A DNA stretch of 64,000 bases from a virus (Duplodnaviria; Caudoviricetes): positions 85,632-149,631 of the IMG/VR virus record IMGVR_UViG_3300021400_000046. The stretch is one strand, 5' to 3'. Of the stretch, positions 58,118 through 64,000 are shown piece after piece. The notes below the pieces were generated by a model that saw nothing but the letters and a program-made list of their open reading frames with translations, was not told the origin of the DNA and made no database searches. Within the stretch, counting starts at the first letter, position 1. Every line of letters starts with the position of its first letter. Both the position numbers and the translations under genes were made by a program.

Positions 58118-58345
58118 TTACTTTTTTCTTTTCATATCTTCTCGAATCAGGTCTTTGATATAGCCTGATTTGTTCGGCTGCTTGTCCAACCAATCAACTA
58201 TATCATCCTCTTGTGGGCTGAACAATCGGAAAATGATTTGTTTTGATCGTTCTCGCAAGTATTTGTTTTGCGCTGCATAGCCGGTCTTTTTGTTGTATTC
58301 TTTGTTGTACTCTCGTTTATTCTGTTTTGCTTTCTCAGATGGCAT
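58118..58345 (-). CDS. small ribbon-helix-helix-like DNA-binding protein
   Basis: IIFRL..DIVDWLDKQPNKSGYIKDLIREDM. Confidence 0.6.
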   Translation of the reverse strand: MPSEKAKQNKREYNKEYNKKTGYAAQNKYLRERSKQIIFRLFSPQEDDIVDWLDKQPNKSGYIKDLIREDMKRKK

Positions 58346-58346
58346 A

Positions 58347-61300
58347 TTACTCTACCTCGATCCCAAGATAGGCCATATCCATAACAACAGGGTACAGATA
58401 TGTAACTCGTCTGTCAAGATCACCGTCTTGCAGCTTGCGCTTATCACACTCAAAATCGGTTGTTTCAAGGAGTACGATTTCGGTTTCGCCATCATCCTCA
58501 AAACGCTTGATAATTACACCGCCCTGGATTTCAATTTGCTCCATCAGATCACGTAAAGTCATATAAACAACCTCCTATTGTTTTTGCTCTGTTATTAATA
58601 CTGTTTACCATCTGATTGTATTGTACCATAGATATATAACTATGTCAAGAAGTTTTCACTATTTCAAGAATATTTTTCTCCTAAACCCAAGGCATAACCG
58701 GCAAGGAAATTCCATAGAGCATATTCACCGTAGAATGTAATGGTTCTATTTCCATCATAAAGATAGCAGATATTCTCGTCTACTCCATATCGAATTTCCC
58801 AATTTAGTTTTGAATGCTGATTTACAAGTTCTAATACCTCGTCAACATCTTTGAACAAATAATTTTGTTCTTTCATCTGCTTACACACCATCCAATGCCT
58901 CGCTGCTCGACGTTTAGGCCGCACTTAACAAGCAGATCATGGATAGATTGCTGGATAAATTCAGGCTTCTCACGCCTCACAAGCGCATTGTAAATATCGG
59001 CAAGAATATAGCAATCGCAAGGTGTAATTCCTCGTGGGAGTTTGCCTGTGTCCTGGATATTATCTAAAATCTTGCGCAGCTTTTGCATTGCATCGTACCT
59101 CCTGCAAAGAAGTTTAATCCACTATATAATTCCATGATTTCACAAATTCTATCACAGAATTGTTCCATCTGTTCTTTTGTGATTTTGCGGAATTTCCAGC
59201 ACCAATCAATCCGATTGCAAATCCAATCAATCGAATGCTGCTTATAGGGGCAATAGTCCTCATACTCTTTGATAGCATCATTGATCTGCGCCGCATAGTC
59301 AGTTCCTTTTCTCTGCTTTGCCATAACTACCACCCCTATAGTAATTTAGATTTGATATTCAATGTCGCCGGTGTCCTCGTTGATAACGCTGAACATCCGC
59401 TTTTCGTTCCGCTTCTTGTAGAGATCAGCACGATAGCAGGCTTCACTCAGCCGAAGTCCGTGGTCGTGCGGCATATCAATCATTCGCCCATCGAAGTGCA
59501 TCATAATTTTGAACATTGTATTCCTCCTGATCTAAAAACTGTCTACATAAGCAATGACTTTCTCTCTAACATATAAGCCAGCAGGGAAGGTCTTTTCTTT
59601 CAGCGTATTGCCACATCCAGTTATAACAATGAAATTCTCTGCAAGCCCTGTTGCCCAAAACACAACTTCACAACCGTTTGGAGTAAGATAACTATTACCA
59701 GACTTCACCCAATTTTTGGGAAACCTTACTTTCTTATATTCTGGTAAATCAACAACAATTGTTTTCGCCGCTGCATCATAATCTCTTGCTGGGAAATCTG
59801 TATAACCAGTTTTATAAAGCCAATATGGAATAATCTTTGTCATACTTAACAACTCCTTTGCGGTAATTCAATTACTGTAATCATTATACCACAAATCCGC
59901 GATTTGTCAAGCAAAATTTCATAACAGTTTCTAAAATTATTTTATACTGCTTTTACGGCTGCGATAAGCTGATTAATATAGCCATAAATCGCATTGGAGG
60001 CTGTTGCATTTTTGGTACGCTTATAATACTGTAACTGTTCACACTTACCATCCTTGATAATCAGGGTTGCCAAACTGTTGTTTACCCATCCGGCAGTACG
60101 AATTGGAAGTTTAATACCAAACTTACGGCAAAGATAGTTGACAATAGAGTATGTACTGCTGTCATATCTGCCTTTATAGATCGTTACATTATCATTAACA
60201 AGAATGCCGCCGTTGCAGAGGATTTCAATAGCTTTGTCAATAATCTTGTCGGCCTTCTCGTTTTCTACTCGAACGTATTCGGCTTCTTCTGCCTCTTGTT
60301 TTGCCCTACGCTCTGCGTTTTCTTTGGCCTTGCGCTCAGAATACAAGAGCCTGGACTCCATCATAGCGGGAAGCAACTCAGGCTTGATCTGATTGACAAA
60401 CTCAACCATAAGCAATGTAATATGGGTACTTTCTGCAATAAGATTGTTTACTGTTGAAAGAATACCGTCAACTGTATTGTGATTGCCAACTCTGTTGACA
60501 ACACGCTCAACTCCATCATCTTCTTCCAGATACCATCCAGGGCAAGAACCAGCCCAAACTCCACATTCTACACCATCAAATACCAGATAAACGGCAAAGC
60601 TCTTTTGACCATAGCAATCTTCTTCAACCTCTCCAACATAGATGTTATCGGCAACCTTGCGCATCTTCTTGTTATGCCGGACAACCTTGTTCCCGTCACT
60701 CGCGTACATGAAAACCTTATGCTGTTCGTACTCAGTGGTCAGCTCGTTCAATTTCATTTGTGTTACCTCCAAATCATTTTGCAGTAAATCATTTACCATC
60801 TGGCTACATTATAGCATAGGTATAACACTATGTCAAGAAGAAATTTCCAGCTTTTCAAAGTTTTTTATGTATCAGATCGCAATGTCATACCGTGCAATAT
60901 CGGCACATTGGAGCATAATGTTCGCGGCATTTGCTGCCGTATGGCAATTCCAATCGGTCAGATAGTCAATGACTTCCTTCGTCGGCTTGATATTCTGTTT
61001 TGCAATCTCCTTAATCAGATCACCGACAACAATCATCCACTTGTTGCCGAATGGGGAGCTATAACACTTGTGTTTCTTAAAAACCTTGTCCTGGATATGG
61101 GCGATTCTTCTTGCATCTTCTTTCGGTGTACTTTCTACAACGTTTTCAAAACTCGCAGTAAGAATATAATCAGTTGAATTAACCATTGTTATAAATCCTT
61201 TCCTTAATAGTTCCATCTGGATTTAGTCTATCGTAATATGCGCCGCCTCTGAAAAACAGTCCGATATTCCTAACTTCGTTAATCGTCAACAGTTTACCGG

Positions 61301-63037
61301 CATTTGCGCCGCCGACATACTGAAACCACATTCCAGCCATTGTGCCAGGAGGATTTTCCTTAATCCTCAGACCGATTTCCAAAGCGTTCACAATAGGCAA
61401 TGCACTGCCATCAAAGATATAATCCCTGATTTCTTTCGCCGCCTCAGTCAAATGCTCGTCGGTCAGAGCTACACCACAGAAAAGACGATTACACATTTTC
61501 TCATACTCAAAAGCATTGCATTTCATCTTGTTACACCCAATTCCAAGCAGTTTCCTCAAAAGAAATATCTCCCGGCGTACTGACAATATTTTCTTTTATC
61601 AACTCTGCGGCATACTTGTAAAACAAGCTGCCATGATAGCCGATCAAATACCCAGGCTGCGACGTGTAAATCTTCAATTTCTTTTCAGTATGACTCGACT
61701 CTGTTTCTTCATCATAGATTGTCTTGTTTGTGTATTTGAATTGAATAACCCTTGTCGCCTTTGCTTCCTTCTTCCATTCACGGAGGACTCTCTGGATAAT
61801 ATGGTTCATAGGATCACCACCTGTCACCGTTTACGCAATCTTCATAGAAATGATCTCTTGCCGTGCGAAATGCGCTGATAACCTCCGGCGAATATCCCAT
61901 CTCTTTCAGATAATCTCTATAATCTTTTTCTTCGCCGTAATCGCAACTTCCGAAACAAGAACACACATCCCAATCACCTTGATAAGTATTGATATGGTAT
62001 TCGTGATTTCCCATTTCGTAATAGAAAGCAGACTCGGCAAACTCTGGATCATTCATCAACTCACGGATAGGATCAGACTTGTTCATAAACTCTCTGATAA
62101 TCGGAGCATCCGATCTCAGATAAAAACCGCCGTTCCCAAATCTATAAATCTTGTCGGTATCATCCACAGTTAATCCACACTTTTCCATTTCCCTTGCAAA
62201 CTGCTCCATACTAAATGCGAAGAAGATGGGAAGTGCGTTAAACTCAGATTGCCGCTGGTTTTTGTATTCCTCATAGGTCATAGGATTTTCCTCCATATTA
62301 TCCGTAAATTATTTTTAGAAGCGGAGTATTTGCAACAACGAATGATCCACTATGAACAAGGTAAGCAGCACCGCACAATGGCTCAATCCATTGCAGTTCC
62401 TCGACGTGCTGATCTTCGCAAGACTTCCGAATGATTTGTCCACGATCAAGGTGAGACTTGAAATCGCACTGATAGAATGTTTCCGTTCCATATCCAGGTT
62501 CTATTGCTCTCAATTCTACCTTATATCCTTCATCGACCTTGTATCGGTTTTCTATAACCTCACACTCTACCCATGATTCTCTGTCCATAGAGCTTGTATA
62601 AGCAATCAGCCCAAGAACGCTATGAAGCGGGCGCATAGGAACAAAGTAATGAGCTTCCTTATTTACTCCGTATTCATTCGTCATAGCAATGACCTCCAAA
62701 TTTTCCGATATATGTATTAGGAACAGATTGCGACCTTTGCTTCTTCCTTTGACAAGGTAAAACAAACCTCCTCGTCGCCGTTGTTGTTGCGGAACGTCAT
62801 ATTGCCGTACTTATCAATATTGGCAATCTCGCATTCCTCGCCGTCCATACAGGCAAGTTCTCCGCTTGCCTGAAAATTCAGATCGTACCAATAATCAGAC
62901 GGCATACCATTCTTTACCTTGTTTTTCGGCACAACACAGATTTCCGTATTGCTCAGACGGAGGCCGAATGCGTGATAAAGAGCATGAACATTGATGACTA
63001 CAATTTCACCGTTCTTAAAATTCGCAAAATTTTCCAT
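58347..63037 (-). other. early-region cluster of small hypothetical ORFs (58347-58562, ~58664-58876, 58873-59088, 59064-59333, 59532-59852, 59942-60799, 60872-61216, 61179-61586, 61531-61827, 61814-62296, 62298-62765, 62717-63037)
   Basis: Dense minus-strand ORFs with GGAGG RBSs and TTGACA/-10 promoters near 58645, 59905 and 60830. Confidence 0.6.
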
Positions 63038-63058
63038 TATGTATTGCCTCCTGTCAGA

Positions 63059-63694
63059 TTAGGTATTGTCTACAAGTACCAAGATGGAAGAATCAAGAGT
63101 CAAAAACGGGCGCACCCCACGGGCATAGCCACAGCCAATCCAGCTCACAGTACCACCGGAGTCGACGAAGCAAACGCCACGCAAATAATCATTGCTCGGA
63201 GTAGAACAAGCAGTAATCAGCCACCACCAATCAGGATAGTTGGGTTTCAGGCCAAGAATCTTGTGATACTTCGCATACTCAGCAAAGGTCAGCATACTAA
63301 TCTTGTCGGTGCAGGAACCATAATCGTCAAGACCATCCATAGAAGTCAGATCACGAATCATCGGGATGATATTTTCCTCTCCGACATTTGCGGCAATCTT
63401 CTGGAGGTATTCATCGTGCAGCACACGACGAATATAAGATTCCTTCCAGTCGGAATTATCGCCAAACGTCATATCGGAATAGGCGAAATTCTCCGCAATC
63501 ACTCGCACACCATCACAGGTATGTTCAAGAACGATGAACCTTTCGTCGCCAATCAGGAACTTGTCGCCAGGATTCAGCGTGGAAAGCTCAACCTTTCTTT
63601 CTCCCATCAGATCGGCCAGCTTGTCAGCGTCAAACTCAATGTAAACCTTGCCATCCTTGATCTTCATGTTAGCATCGTCAATCGTAATCTTCAT
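63059..63694 (-). CDS. DUF6273-like protein, probable DGR target with C-terminal variable region
   Basis: W..S.IR..L, DKISMLTFAEY, WWWLIT..VCFVDSGG..GVRP C-terminus. Confidence 0.7.
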   Translation of the reverse strand: MKITIDDANMKIKDGKVYIEFDADKLADLMGERKVELSTLNPGDKFLIGDERFIVLEHTCDGVRVIAENFAYSDMTFGDNSDWKESYIRRVLHDEYLQKIAANVGEENIIPMIRDLTSMDGLDDYGSCTDKISMLTFAEYAKYHKILGLKPNYPDWWWLITACSTPSNDYLRGVCFVDSGGTVSWIGCGYARGVRPFLTLDSSILVLVDNT

Positions 63695-64000
63695 TTTTGT
63701 AGTTTCCTTTCAATTTTTGGTATTTTAGATTTTTTATCACTTGCAAACCACCTATTATTGGGGCTTTACTTTTGCATTTTTGACAATGAAATGCCCGTTT
63801 TATTTACTTTCATTCGGGCAGCAGATTCAGAAGCTCGGACACGTTTTCCGGGATGTTATCAGCATCACAATCCAGGATTGCGCCGCCAAAATACCCCGAT
63901 TCATCATCCTGCAAGCCGCGTTCACAATCGGCCTGCCCCATCATATAAACCCAATAGATGAAAGCTCTCATTTCTTCGCGGGTGAAATTTTTGATACGAT

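Noticed and set aside
62972-63961. Long plus-strand ORFs (also 20308-21051, 41746-42372, 52637-53488)
   Set aside because: Antisense shadows of well-supported minus-strand genes, without recognisable motifs or RBS
1-64000. Stop-codon reassignment (alternative genetic code)
   Set aside because: Conserved long genes are intact under code 11 and end in TAA, TAG and TGA; no suppressor tRNA seen; the MTase breaks are almost all frameshifts
1-64000. CRISPR array
   Set aside because: No regularly spaced direct repeats with unique spacers; repeated motifs are dispersed regulatory sites; no cas genes

Overview
A 64 kb AT-rich segment of a large, probably temperate phage of a Clostridia/Bacillota host, with SPbeta-like features; almost all genes lie on the minus strand, use code 11, and no virion genes are present. 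In order it holds: (1) a replication/recombination block (PD-(D/E)XK nuclease, primase, DnaB-like helicase, HD protein, SSB, Sak-like annealase, GIY-YIG homing endonuclease); (2) RNA repair and nucleotide metabolism genes (PNK-HD, RNA ligase, 5'-nucleotidase, PAPS-reductase family, deoxyribosyltransferase, CCA-adding enzyme, nucleotidyltransferase, Thg1, phosphoesterases); (3) an XRE/ImmA immunity-like cassette on the plus strand; (4) four DNA methyltransferases and LigA; (5) a region with 12 tRNAs, several tRNA-like and other structured RNAs, a PD-(D/E)XK homing endonuclease and glyA; (6) an early/regulatory region with an MrpR-like repressor, orphan MazF, a tyrosine integrase and many small ORFs behind consensus sigma-A promoters. 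The strongest candidate for an undescribed system is a split, permuted C5-methyltransferase (27275-29769). Its target-recognition region is an array of small modules, and seven of them are broken at the same CGGGGG tract and restored by one extra G, which suggests a combinatorial phase-variable or slippage-controlled multispecific methylase. Also notable are an intact-looking P4-less SAM-I riboswitch controlling an unknown 106-aa gene, a decapitated DGR reverse transcriptase fused to a SLOG domain with a likely DGR target 18 kb away, and three families of repeated regulatory motifs. All family calls come from motif recognition by eye, not from database searches.
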